From Bacteroidota bacterium (GTDB lineage Bacteria; Bacteroidota; Bacteroidia; NS11-12g; UBA955), in contig JABMMZ010000015.1 of assembly GCA_013205405.1 (NCBI GenBank), positions 75,586 to 139,585 on the forward strand: a DNA stretch of 64,000 nucleotides. The letters are read 5' to 3'. Of this stretch, positions 8,739 through 17,518 are shown piece after piece. How positions within the stretch are numbered: position 1 is the stretch's first letter; each line of letters begins with the position of its first letter. A program made the position numbers and the translations under genes. The notes beneath the pieces are model-generated. The model saw nothing but the letters and a program-made list of their open reading frames with translations. It was not told the origin of the DNA and did not search any database.

Positions 8739-9633
8739 CTGTTATGAGTATTTGTGTTTGTATTTTTTGTAAATTTTGGGTAGCGTAAAAATCTTTTACT
8801 AAGTTGAAAGTTTCTTGTGTATTGGGCTCGCGGCCTATGAGAGATAAATAGCACCATTTGATAATACCTTCCGAAAATTCTTTTGAATTAACTAACATAG
8901 CGCAATACTCGGCTTTATTGCCAGCATAACCAGTAAATAAACTGCCCGGTTTACTAGATTCTATTATATCGTAGGCTATTGTAAACTCATCGCGTGTAGG
9001 AAATCTAAAAAACATATCATCAAATGAAGCATTTACAAAGTTTAATGAATTCATATTTATCTGATCATAAATAGGATTGTTCAACATGGCGGCATACATT
9101 TTATTAATGGTTATTTCACCAACTTGGTACCTTCTGCGGCTTCTTGGTACATTTAAACATTTATCTATAGTTTCCATTGCTTGAAAAACACCTATAGAAT
9201 CACCCAACAAACGAGAAGACCTGAGTGCAAAAGCTGCATTACCCGCCTGACCATAAAATTCACCTTCTTCTGCACCTTCTACTAAGCGGGCTTTAGTTAA
9301 ATCGTAAATTCTTTGGTAGTAGGCTCTTTTATATGATGAATCGCCAGGTACAAAAATAGAATCTGTCATTAAGCGTGTAATTAAAAGTTTACGTGTATCA
9401 TAGCTTAAATTACCACCTCTTAAAAAACCTAAATCTCTATCGTTTTCCGTATCTAAAGGTTCTCTGCCAAGTAAATCTATATATAATCTATTGATATAGT
9501 TTTCTACTTTTACAGTAGATACATTTTCATAATTTTTAGGAACATTGCCTGTAACTATTTTCTCGTCCTTTTTAGAGCAAGAAATGATTAAAGTAAATGA
9601 GAAAAATAGAAAAAGGGTAGTTTTTACACTCAT
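8719..9633 (-). CDS. Lipoprotein with three DUF4214/PSCyt2-like 'LLGREP ... SxEF' modules, unknown function
   Basis: 304 aa. Lipobox LIISC-SKK. Modules: YINRLYIDLLGREPLDTE...LITRLMTDS, FVNASFDDMFFRFPTRDEF...AMLVNSKEF and IIKWCYLSLIGREPNTQETF...ILITDEYAHF. Confidence 0.6.
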   Translation of the reverse strand: MSVKTTLFLFFSFTLIISCSKKDEKIVTGNVPKNYENVSTVKVENYINRLYIDLLGREPLDTENDRDLGFLRGGNLSYDTRKLLITRLMTDSIFVPGDSSYKRAYYQRIYDLTKARLVEGAEEGEFYGQAGNAAFALRSSRLLGDSIGVFQAMETIDKCLNVPRSRRRYQVGEITINKMYAAMLNNPIYDQINMNSLNFVNASFDDMFFRFPTRDEFTIAYDIIESSKPGSLFTGYAGNKAEYCAMLVNSKEFSEGIIKWCYLSLIGREPNTQETFNLVKDFYATQNLQKIQTQILITDEYAHF

Positions 9634-9734
9634 AGATACTTATAGTTTTATAAAATGCTAAATTACTAAAAAAAATTTAATTTTCAAAATAAATATTTAA
9701 ATAATTGATATTCAATGCATTAAAATCAATGTAT

Positions 9735-11798
9735 TTAATTTTTAACAGGTAGGTAACTGTAGTTTTTACTGTATCTTAACATTTGGTTTATAAAACTTTC
9801 AGTATAATCTATTTTTAAATCTATAATTTTATCTCCATTCATAATAGGTGTAAGTTTAGGCTGAATAAAACCACGAAAAGCAGCAACATCTAATTCTTTA
9901 GCTGTTTTTAATACTTCATTGTGAATTTCTGTATTTACTTTCACCCCAAAATTTTCTACTAAATTCATAGCTTCGGTAAAATTGCCTGTAGATTTTATGT
10001 CTTGTATTTTATTTAATAAATTACCAAAAAGAACACGCAGTTTTTCATAATTATTAATTACAAAAAAAGTTTTACCATCGCGCATTTTTCTTTCAATTAC
10101 ATTTTCTTTTTTGCCAGCTTCATATATCCACAATGCCACTAATTGCCTATTACGCATGTGGTCTTCTTCCAAGTTTTCGCCCGCTTGAACTCTTCTTAAT
10201 TGCACCATTAAACCATCGCGTATATAACTATCATACTCCGCTTTGCCTACTTCTAAGCTAGGCATTAAACCTAGCTCAACTAATTTTGGATCTAACATAT
10301 AGTATAAAGCCACTAAATCGGCTCTGGCTTCTTCTAAAGTACTGCCATATTGCTTGGTATCGCCTTTGGTAACACCTTTGTTTAGCTGCCCACTGGCATG
10401 TCCTATTACCTCATGCATGGCAGTGTGCATTTTAGCGGCTAGTTGTCCATAGGATTTGCTGCGGTTTACTTGTTCCTCATTCCAACAAAATTCGGTTAAT
10501 AATCCACCTGAGTTTGCTTTGTTATAAGCATCTACAATATTGCCTAAACTTACAGATTTAGAGCCGTGTTTTTCTCTTATCCACTCTGCATTTGGCAAGT
10601 TTACACCAATAGCAGTACTAGGCGACATATCACCACCTTCCATTACGGCATTTACTACATTATAAGTAATGCCTGTTACTTTGGCTTTTTTATATTTGGC
10701 ATCAATAGGAGAGTTAGTTTCAAACCATTGGGCATTTTGAGCTAAGGTTTTCATTCTGTCTGAGGCTTCCATATCTTTAATTTCTACTAAGCTTTCAAAA
10801 TTGGCTCTTCGGCCTTTGGCATCGTGGTATACTTCTATAAAACCATTGATAACATCAATACTACTATTTACATCCTTTACCCAAGCTATATTATAAGCAT
10901 CCCAAGTTTTTAAATTACCTGTTCTATAAAATTCTATAAGTAATTTTAAGGCATCATTTTGTTCCTTAGTTTCAGTTACGGTCAATGCTTTTTCTAACCA
11001 ATACACAATCTTAGAAATAGCCATATTGTACATGCCGCCAACTTTCCAAGTTTTTTCAACAAGTTCAGAATTTTCCATTACCATTTTACTATTCAATCCC
11101 CAACTGATGGGGTCTATGGAATCGGCTGCTTCCTTTGGTCCATAATAGTTTTCTACTTGCTCTTCGCTTACACCTTCGTAAAAATTATTAGCACTTTCTG
11201 CAATTTGGTCTATACCATTAGCCTTATTTACACGCTTGGCTTCTGTTTTAGGATTAAAAATAAAATCGATTAACCAATTGTTAAAGTTTTCGGCAGTTAA
11301 ACCCTGCATTGGCAGTTTTGCTTTAGGCGATTGTTTGATAAGTGCCAATAAATAATTAGATGAAAATTCAGGTGAAATTTTATTTTCTGCATAGTGGTGG
11401 TGTACGCCATTACTGGTCCATATCCGTTTTAAAAATACTTCAAAACGTCTGAAATCTTGAGTGGTTTTATCGCCTTCAAAATTGGTATAAATTTCTTCAA
11501 GGGTTTTTCTAAGTTGTAGGTTATATTTGTTATTCTGATCGTAAATAATATCTCTACCACACAAGGCTGCTTCACTTAAATAATAAACTAAAGTTTTTTG
11601 TTGTAATGAGAGTTTTTCGAAACCGGGCACATCATATCTTAATATTTCAATATCTGCAAAACGGTTATCGTTTTCATACAGTTTGTAAATTATATTAACC
11701 GAATCGGATACATTCGTATTTTTTTTGCTATTTATAGCATTATTACATGAAGACAATAATAATCCACCGACAAAAGTAATTAGCATTAAGTTTTTCAT
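9735..11798 (-). CDS. Dipeptidyl-peptidase III-like zinc metallopeptidase (M49 family), lipoprotein form
   Basis: 687 aa. HEVIGH (HExxGH) and EEARADL zinc-binding motifs of family M49. N-terminal lipobox LLLSSC-NN. Confidence 0.8.
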   Translation of the reverse strand: MKNLMLITFVGGLLLSSCNNAINSKKNTNVSDSVNIIYKLYENDNRFADIEILRYDVPGFEKLSLQQKTLVYYLSEAALCGRDIIYDQNNKYNLQLRKTLEEIYTNFEGDKTTQDFRRFEVFLKRIWTSNGVHHHYAENKISPEFSSNYLLALIKQSPKAKLPMQGLTAENFNNWLIDFIFNPKTEAKRVNKANGIDQIAESANNFYEGVSEEQVENYYGPKEAADSIDPISWGLNSKMVMENSELVEKTWKVGGMYNMAISKIVYWLEKALTVTETKEQNDALKLLIEFYRTGNLKTWDAYNIAWVKDVNSSIDVINGFIEVYHDAKGRRANFESLVEIKDMEASDRMKTLAQNAQWFETNSPIDAKYKKAKVTGITYNVVNAVMEGGDMSPSTAIGVNLPNAEWIREKHGSKSVSLGNIVDAYNKANSGGLLTEFCWNEEQVNRSKSYGQLAAKMHTAMHEVIGHASGQLNKGVTKGDTKQYGSTLEEARADLVALYYMLDPKLVELGLMPSLEVGKAEYDSYIRDGLMVQLRRVQAGENLEEDHMRNRQLVALWIYEAGKKENVIERKMRDGKTFFVINNYEKLRVLFGNLLNKIQDIKSTGNFTEAMNLVENFGVKVNTEIHNEVLKTAKELDVAAFRGFIQPKLTPIMNGDKIIDLKIDYTESFINQMLRYSKNYSYLPVKN

Positions 11799-11877
11799 TT
11801 GGTAAAAATAAAGTAAATTTTAATAGAATAAAATTGTTGTGAAAAAAATTACGGAAACAAAAGCAAAAAATTAAAAG

Positions 11878-11961
11878 TGCCCGCGACAAGACTCGAACTT
11901 GCACAGCCGTAAGGCCACCACCACCTCAAGGTGGCGTGTATACCAATTTCACCACACGGGC
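11878..11961 (-). tRNA. tRNA-Leu (anticodon GAG), 84 nt, long variable arm, no encoded CCA
   Basis: The reverse complement folds by hand. Acceptor GCCCGTG/CGCGGGC with discriminator A. Anticodon stem CCACC/GGTGG with loop TTGAGGT. Variable stem GGCC/GGCT. T-arm GCAAG-TTCGAGT-CTTGT. Confidence 0.9.
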
Positions 11962-11974
11962 ATTTTAACAATTG

Positions 11975-11982
11975 CAAAGTTA
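11975..11982 (-). promoter_or_regulatory. -7 promoter box (TAACTTTG) upstream of tRNA-Leu
   Basis: Exact TAnnTTTG on the minus strand, 14 nt upstream of the mature tRNA 5' end. Confidence 0.4.
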
Positions 11983-11987
11983 ATGAA

Positions 11988-12341
11988 CTATTTTAAAAAA
12001 TAAGGGGTAAAAATAATAACTGCTATGACAGCTGCTACAATACTTATAATTAATACCGCTGCAGCTGCTAAATCTTTAATAATGCCTGCTTTGGGATTGT
12101 GTTCTGGAGATACCATATCAACTATTTTTTCAATAGTGGTATTGAAAACCTCTGCCATTAGAACAATACCAATACATAAAAGAACAATACACCATTCAAT
12201 ATTAGAAATTTTTAAAATGTAAGCCATACTTATAGCTAAAATTGCTGACAAAATATGCAATTTAAAATTGCGTTCTTTCCATACAATGTTTATGCCTTGA
12301 AAGGCATAATAAAATGAATTTAAGACATTTTTATTTTTCAA
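11988..12341 (-). CDS. dgkA: Diacylglycerol kinase / undecaprenol kinase family membrane protein
   Basis: 117 aa with three TM segments. The motif EVFNTTIEKIVDMVSPEHNPKAGIIKDLAAAAV is typical of the DgkA family. Confidence 0.8.
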   Translation of the reverse strand: MKNKNVLNSFYYAFQGINIVWKERNFKLHILSAILAISMAYILKISNIEWCIVLLCIGIVLMAEVFNTTIEKIVDMVSPEHNPKAGIIKDLAAAAVLIISIVAAVIAVIIFTPYFLK

Positions 12342-12382
12342 ATTAGGAATTTAAAACTAGGTTTCAAATCTAAAGAAAAAAA

Positions 12383-13780
12383 CTATTTAAGCACTAAACT
12401 TAGCAAGTAATATAATAAACCAGCTAAAGTAATTGTTACAGGTAAGGTTAAAAGCCAAGCTATGGCTATGGCTTTTATAGTAGCAGGTTGTAAGTTTTTA
12501 ACGCCTTTACTCGCAGTCATAGCACCTGCTACGCCACTACTTAGTACATGAGTTGTTGATACAGGCAAACCAAATTGAGTACTTAAGCCAATGGTGAATG
12601 CCGCAGTAAGCTCAGCACTTGCTCCTTCTGCATAAGTCATGTGACGTTTACCTATTTTTTCGCCAATAGTTACTGCTATGCGTTTCCAACCTATCATAGT
12701 ACCTAAACCTAAACTTAAAGCTATCATTATAGTAACCCAATAAGGTATTGATTCAGTAGATTTTTTTAAATATTTAATTTCTTCTTCTATAGCAGTCACA
12801 TTTTGAGGATTATCTGCAAATGTTTTACTTTTTATATCAGTCTCTAAACGTTTAATTAATTTGGCAATTTTAGTTCTTAAAACAACTGTTTGCTTTTTAA
12901 ATTCTGTAGGCAATTCATTACTATTGGATTTAATGGCGATATAACTATTTACATTTTCTTTTAAATCATTCGTTTTTATAATAAGATCAACTTTATTTTC
13001 TGCTTTCAAGGCATTTTCTATATTAACAACAGAATTCAAACAAACATTGGCATCAAACTTTTCATCCAGTGCAAATTGAATTGGCAAAAAAGTGATTAAA
13101 ATGATTAGCATTAATCCAATACCTTTTTGACCATCATTATTGCCATGAAAAAAACTAACCATGGTACACGTTAATATTAATATACCACGAATCCAACTTG
13201 GTGGTCTTTGACCAAGCTCAGGTTCTTTAAAGATTTCTTTGCGCACTTTTACAACTCTTTTAAGAATGTACATAAGTAAAATAGTAATTGAAAAACCAAT
13301 GAAGGGAGATATTAGTAATGATAAACCTATTTCAGATGCCTTGCCCCAATTAACACCATCTCCCCCATGAAGCCAGTAAAATACAATACCCACCCCTAAA
13401 ATTGAACCTATCATGGTGTGTGAGCTACTGCATGGGATACCAAAATACCAAGTCCCTAAATTCCATAATATGCCAGAAAGCATCATACCTAAAACCAAAC
13501 TAGCACTTTCTCCGGTACTCATCATTACCAAATCGGTAAGTGGGAGCAGATTAACTATACCCATGGCTACTTTAAAACCAAAATAACTGCTAACAAATAA
13601 GCCTAAAAAATTACAAAACCCACTCCAAACCACCGCATAAGTTGGTTTTAAAGAGTTAGTATATATTACCGTAGCTACCGCATTGGCAGTATCGTGAAAG
13701 CCATTGGCAAACTCAAATACACATACCGTAATGACGCATAATAAAAATAAGACCGCTAAATAAGTTTCTAATCCGAACAT
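12383..13780 (-). CDS. Inorganic phosphate transporter, PiT family
   Basis: GFHDTANAVATVIYT and the C-terminal PVSTTHVLSSGVAG PiT signatures, with a large central loop. The tracked ORF begins at a TTG (13789). I prefer the ATG at 13780 (MFGLETY...). Confidence 0.85.
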   Translation of the reverse strand: MFGLETYLAVLFLLCVITVCVFEFANGFHDTANAVATVIYTNSLKPTYAVVWSGFCNFLGLFVSSYFGFKVAMGIVNLLPLTDLVMMSTGESASLVLGMMLSGILWNLGTWYFGIPCSSSHTMIGSILGVGIVFYWLHGGDGVNWGKASEIGLSLLISPFIGFSITILLMYILKRVVKVRKEIFKEPELGQRPPSWIRGILILTCTMVSFFHGNNDGQKGIGLMLIILITFLPIQFALDEKFDANVCLNSVVNIENALKAENKVDLIIKTNDLKENVNSYIAIKSNSNELPTEFKKQTVVLRTKIAKLIKRLETDIKSKTFADNPQNVTAIEEEIKYLKKSTESIPYWVTIMIALSLGLGTMIGWKRIAVTIGEKIGKRHMTYAEGASAELTAAFTIGLSTQFGLPVSTTHVLSSGVAGAMTASKGVKNLQPATIKAIAIAWLLTLPVTITLAGLLYYLLSLVLK

Positions 13781-13838
13781 ATAGGGCAAAGGTGCAATCT
13801 AATTGTTAGAAAATTGTTACTTTAAAAACATCTAATTA

Positions 13839-15185
13839 TTAATTGCCTAAATAGTTGCTGGGCGTAATCTCTAAAAGTCTTGATTTTATTTCGTTTGAAA
13901 CATCTAAACTTTCAATAAAATTTTTTATTTCCTGCTCACCAATATGAGCATTTGTTCTAGTTAAACCTTTTAATGCTTCATAAGGATTTGGATAGCCGGT
14001 GGTTCTTAATACAGTTTGTATAGCCTCGGCTACCACTACCCAATTATTATCTAAATCTTTTTGAATAGCGGATTCATTAATAATTAACTTACCTATCCCC
14101 TTTTGAAGACTGCTGTAAGCTATTAAACAATGGGCAAAAGGAACACCAATATTGCGCAAAACGGTGCTATCTGTTAAATCTCTTTGTAATCTTGAAATAG
14201 GCAATTTAGCCGCCAAATGTTCAAAAATAGCATTGGCCAATCCTAAATTACCTTCCGCATTTTCAAAGTCAATAGGATTAACTTTATGTGGCATAGCACT
14301 GCTGCCAATTTCACCTTCTTTTAGCTTTTGTTTAAAATAATCCATGGCAATATACTGCCATATATCTCTGCTAAAATCAATTAATATTGTATTTAAACGT
14401 TTGAAACAATCACAAAGAGCAGCTAAATTATCATAATGTTCTATTTGTGTGGTTGGATTACTGCGATGCAACCCTAAAACAGTATTGACAAAATTATCTC
14501 CAAACGTTTGCCAACTTATATTTGGAAAAGCCACATTATGTGCATTAAAATTACCGGTAGCACCACCAAATTTAGCTGAAAAGGGGATATGTTTTAAATG
14601 GCCCAATTGCACTGATAAGCGCTGTGCAAACACCATTAGCTCCTTACCCATGCGTGTAGGACTAGCTGCTTGACCATGGGTGCGCGCCAGCATTGGCACT
14701 TCTTTGTACTCTAAAGCCTTATTTTCAATTATCTTAAGCGTTGCTTCTAACTGAGGTAGTATTTCATTATTTAAAGCATCCTTTAAACTTAATGGAATGG
14801 CCGTGTTATTTATATCTTGACTCGTTAATCCAAAATGTACCCATTCTTTAATAGCCGATAGTTGAAGCTTATCTAATTTCTCTTTAATAAAATACTCTAC
14901 TGCTTTAACATCGTGGTTAGTTGTTTTTTCAATTGTTTTAATTTCAGAAGCATCGATTTCTGAAAATAGGGTATAAATAGTTCTTAAATCTTTGATTTGA
15001 CTTTCTGATAAGGGGGTTTCGAAACCATACAATGCTTGTTGGTTTAAAAAAATTACATACTCAATTTCTACTTTTACGCGGTATTGGATTAGGCCAAATT
15101 CAGAAAAATAAGCAGTTAAACTTTCGGTTTTACCTCTGTATCTCCCGTCAATAGGACTTATAGTGGTTAATTCATTTAAATTCAT
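13839..15185 (-). CDS. purB: Adenylosuccinate lyase
   Basis: 448 aa. ISPIDGRYR N-terminus and the fumarate-lyase signature GSSAMPHKVNP. Confidence 0.93.
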   Translation of the reverse strand: MNLNELTTISPIDGRYRGKTESLTAYFSEFGLIQYRVKVEIEYVIFLNQQALYGFETPLSESQIKDLRTIYTLFSEIDASEIKTIEKTTNHDVKAVEYFIKEKLDKLQLSAIKEWVHFGLTSQDINNTAIPLSLKDALNNEILPQLEATLKIIENKALEYKEVPMLARTHGQAASPTRMGKELMVFAQRLSVQLGHLKHIPFSAKFGGATGNFNAHNVAFPNISWQTFGDNFVNTVLGLHRSNPTTQIEHYDNLAALCDCFKRLNTILIDFSRDIWQYIAMDYFKQKLKEGEIGSSAMPHKVNPIDFENAEGNLGLANAIFEHLAAKLPISRLQRDLTDSTVLRNIGVPFAHCLIAYSSLQKGIGKLIINESAIQKDLDNNWVVVAEAIQTVLRTTGYPNPYEALKGLTRTNAHIGEQEIKNFIESLDVSNEIKSRLLEITPSNYLGN

Positions 15186-15192
15186 TATGCTG

Positions 15193-15200
15193 CAAAATTA
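15193..15200 (-). promoter_or_regulatory. -7 promoter box (TAATTTTG) abutting the purB start
   Basis: Exact TAnnTTTG on the minus strand. Its 3' G lies 7 nt before the ATG at 15185, which implies a near-leaderless transcript. Confidence 0.4.
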
Positions 15201-15221
15201 AGGATTTAAAATTTAATTATT

Positions 15222-16403
15222 TTATTTCAATAATAAAGAACTATCGCCATAACTTAAAAAACGGTAGTTTGTATCCAAAGCATGTTGATAAATATGTTTC
15301 CAATTATCGCCTACCAAAGCTGCTATCAAGAGCATTAAGGTACTTTTGGGTTGATGAAAATTAGTAACCAATCCTTTTACGTATTTAAAATGATAGCCAG
15401 GCATTATCATTATGGAAGTATGCCCAGTAATTGTATTTAAATTATTTACTTCTAAATAATTATTTAATACATCAATAGCCTCTTTTGCTGTAGGTAAATT
15501 ATTTTTTAAAGTATAGGGTTGAAGTTGTTCTACCTCAAAAGGATAGGATTTACCTTCCAAAATATTGATAGCACACCAATACAAACTCTCTATCACACGC
15601 AAACTAGTTGTACCCACCGCTATAGGTATTTTAGCATTTTGTAAAGCATTCAGCGTATCTAATGATATCGAAAAAAACTCTTGGTGCATGGGGTGTTCCG
15701 CAGCCTTATTTACTGTTACAGGCAAAAAGGTTCCAGCACTCACATGCAGAGTCATATAATTTAAGCTGATTTCTTTTTCTGCCAAATTTTTAAAAACATT
15801 GTCAGTAAAATGCAAACCTGCCGTTGGAGCGGCTACAGCACCCGATGTTTTAGAGTACACCGTTTGATAACGTTCTGTATCATTTTTTTCGGCTTCGCGT
15901 TTGATATAAGGCGGTAATGGCATAGCGCCCATACTTTCTATTATATCTATAAATTTTATGGCAGTTTGCCAAGTAAATTGTACTACGTTTTGTTCGTAAT
16001 TTAGCCACTCTAATTGAATACTGGAATTTAAAATGGTGTGCTTGAGTATTTCATCGTATTTCCATTTTTTTTTATTGCCTACTAGGCAAGTCCATTGTGC
16101 TGTAGAGGTGGCATTTAAACTGGTAAAGTAATCTGATCGATAGGGATGCAGCAAGAATATTTCAATCCAAGTACCAGTTTCTTTTTGTATTTTAAGTCTA
16201 GCAGGAATTACCTTGGCATCATTTAAAAAAAGGGTAGAATTAGCAGGCAATAAATCAGGTAACTCATAAAAATAGTGGTCGCTAATTTGGCCATTGTAAA
16301 ATAATAATTTTGAACTATCCCTTTGATTTAAAGCTCGTTGAGCTATTTTTTCTGGCGGGAGTTCGTAGTTATAATCTTCTATTTCTATATGATGAATACT
16401 CAT
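15222..16403 (-). CDS. queA: S-adenosylmethionine:tRNA ribosyltransferase-isomerase
   Basis: 393 aa. YNYELPPEKIAQ...RDSSKLL N-terminus and the PLPPYIKR and AAPTAGLHFT motifs. Confidence 0.92.
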   Translation of the reverse strand: MSIHHIEIEDYNYELPPEKIAQRALNQRDSSKLLFYNGQISDHYFYELPDLLPANSTLFLNDAKVIPARLKIQKETGTWIEIFLLHPYRSDYFTSLNATSTAQWTCLVGNKKKWKYDEILKHTILNSSIQLEWLNYEQNVVQFTWQTAIKFIDIIESMGAMPLPPYIKREAEKNDTERYQTVYSKTSGAVAAPTAGLHFTDNVFKNLAEKEISLNYMTLHVSAGTFLPVTVNKAAEHPMHQEFFSISLDTLNALQNAKIPIAVGTTSLRVIESLYWCAINILEGKSYPFEVEQLQPYTLKNNLPTAKEAIDVLNNYLEVNNLNTITGHTSIMIMPGYHFKYVKGLVTNFHQPKSTLMLLIAALVGDNWKHIYQHALDTNYRFLSYGDSSLLLK

Positions 16404-16975
16404 AAGGAAGTTAGGTAATTTATCAATTTTTCTACCGCTAATTTCCTATGGCTCATGCTATTTTTTTGGTCAAGCATCATTTCAGCAAAAGTCATATCGT
16501 GGCCATTAGGAATAAAAATAGGATCATATCCAAAGCCATACAATCCTCTCGGTTTATCGGCTACTGTACCTTTTATTTCACCTTCAAAAAAGAGTTCAGT
16601 TTTTTCTGTTCTATAACAAATTACAGTATTGAAACTTGCATTTCTATTACTTACGTTTTCTAATTCTTTTAATAAAAGTTTTACATTATTTTTATCATTG
16701 GCTGGTTCACCTGCATATCGTGCACTTCGCACACCTGGGTTTCCATTTAAAAAGTCAACCGCCATACCACTGTCATCTGCAAAACACGGTTTGCCTGTTT
16801 TTAGAAATATAGTATTGGCTTTTATAGCCGCATTGGCTTCAAAAGTAGCGCCTGTTTCTTCAATATCATCTGTATAACCTATATCTACCAATCTCAATAA
16901 AACAATATGACTTGGTAATATTTTTTTAATCTCTTCTAGTTTGTGCTTATTATTTGTGGCAAATATTAATTCCAT
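16400..16975 (-). CDS. rdgB: Non-canonical purine NTP pyrophosphatase (dITP/XTP)
   Basis: 191 aa. FATNNKHKLEEI, ADDSGMAVDFLNGNPGVRSARY and GFGYDPIF motifs. Overlaps queA by 4 nt. Confidence 0.92.
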   Translation of the reverse strand: MELIFATNNKHKLEEIKKILPSHIVLLRLVDIGYTDDIEETGATFEANAAIKANTIFLKTGKPCFADDSGMAVDFLNGNPGVRSARYAGEPANDKNNVKLLLKELENVSNRNASFNTVICYRTEKTELFFEGEIKGTVADKPRGLYGFGYDPIFIPNGHDMTFAEMMLDQKNSMSHRKLAVEKLINYLTSL

Positions 16976-16982
16976 ATCCTTC

Positions 16983-17489
16983 TTATTTTTTTATCATTTC
17001 AAACATTCTTTGTACCATGGCCCAAAGTTTTTTCTTCATTTCTAAATTATCCTTTACTATTTCCATACTTTCTACACTTATTATTTTACATCCATTATGC
17101 ATTAAGCCCTTATTTAAATGACATTGAATATTTAAAGTAAAAGGATCTACACCCCAAAAAATACAAAACTTAGGGCTAAATAATTTTTCTAAATTCTGCC
17201 ATGTTAGCCCCGGATAATTGCTAATATTGATAACGGCAAATCCGTCTGCATCCATATTTATGCGCTCATTTTGTATGGCATTTGCCATTTTAAAGAAAAA
17301 ATCTTTGCTTTCGGGCGCAATTATTTCTGTAGCTGTATGCATTACAATATTTAAAAAGCGATACTTATTACCACCCTCACTATCAATACTATCATAGTAC
17401 TTTGGCTCATTAATTAAATAAATTTCATCGCCTAAAAATAAATTTAGAAGTTCTGTTTTTTGTTCGGAAATTATCAATTTTTCGTTCAT
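16983..17489 (-). CDS. Hypothetical cytoplasmic protein (no signal peptide, no motif I can name)
   Basis: 168-aa ORF heading the rdgB-queA transcription unit. The stop lies 7 nt before the rdgB start. Confidence 0.6.
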   Translation of the reverse strand: MNEKLIISEQKTELLNLFLGDEIYLINEPKYYDSIDSEGGNKYRFLNIVMHTATEIIAPESKDFFFKMANAIQNERINMDADGFAVINISNYPGLTWQNLEKLFSPKFCIFWGVDPFTLNIQCHLNKGLMHNGCKIISVESMEIVKDNLEMKKKLWAMVQRMFEMIKK

Positions 17490-17518
17490 TAAAATAAATT
17501 CTGTTTATTTGCAGTTAA

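Noticed and set aside
11799-11987. tRNA-Leu as a possible integration hotspot or genomic-island boundary
   Set aside because: There is no integrase, no direct repeat of the tRNA 3' end, and no compositional break that I could see nearby. The flanking genes are ordinary chromosomal genes.
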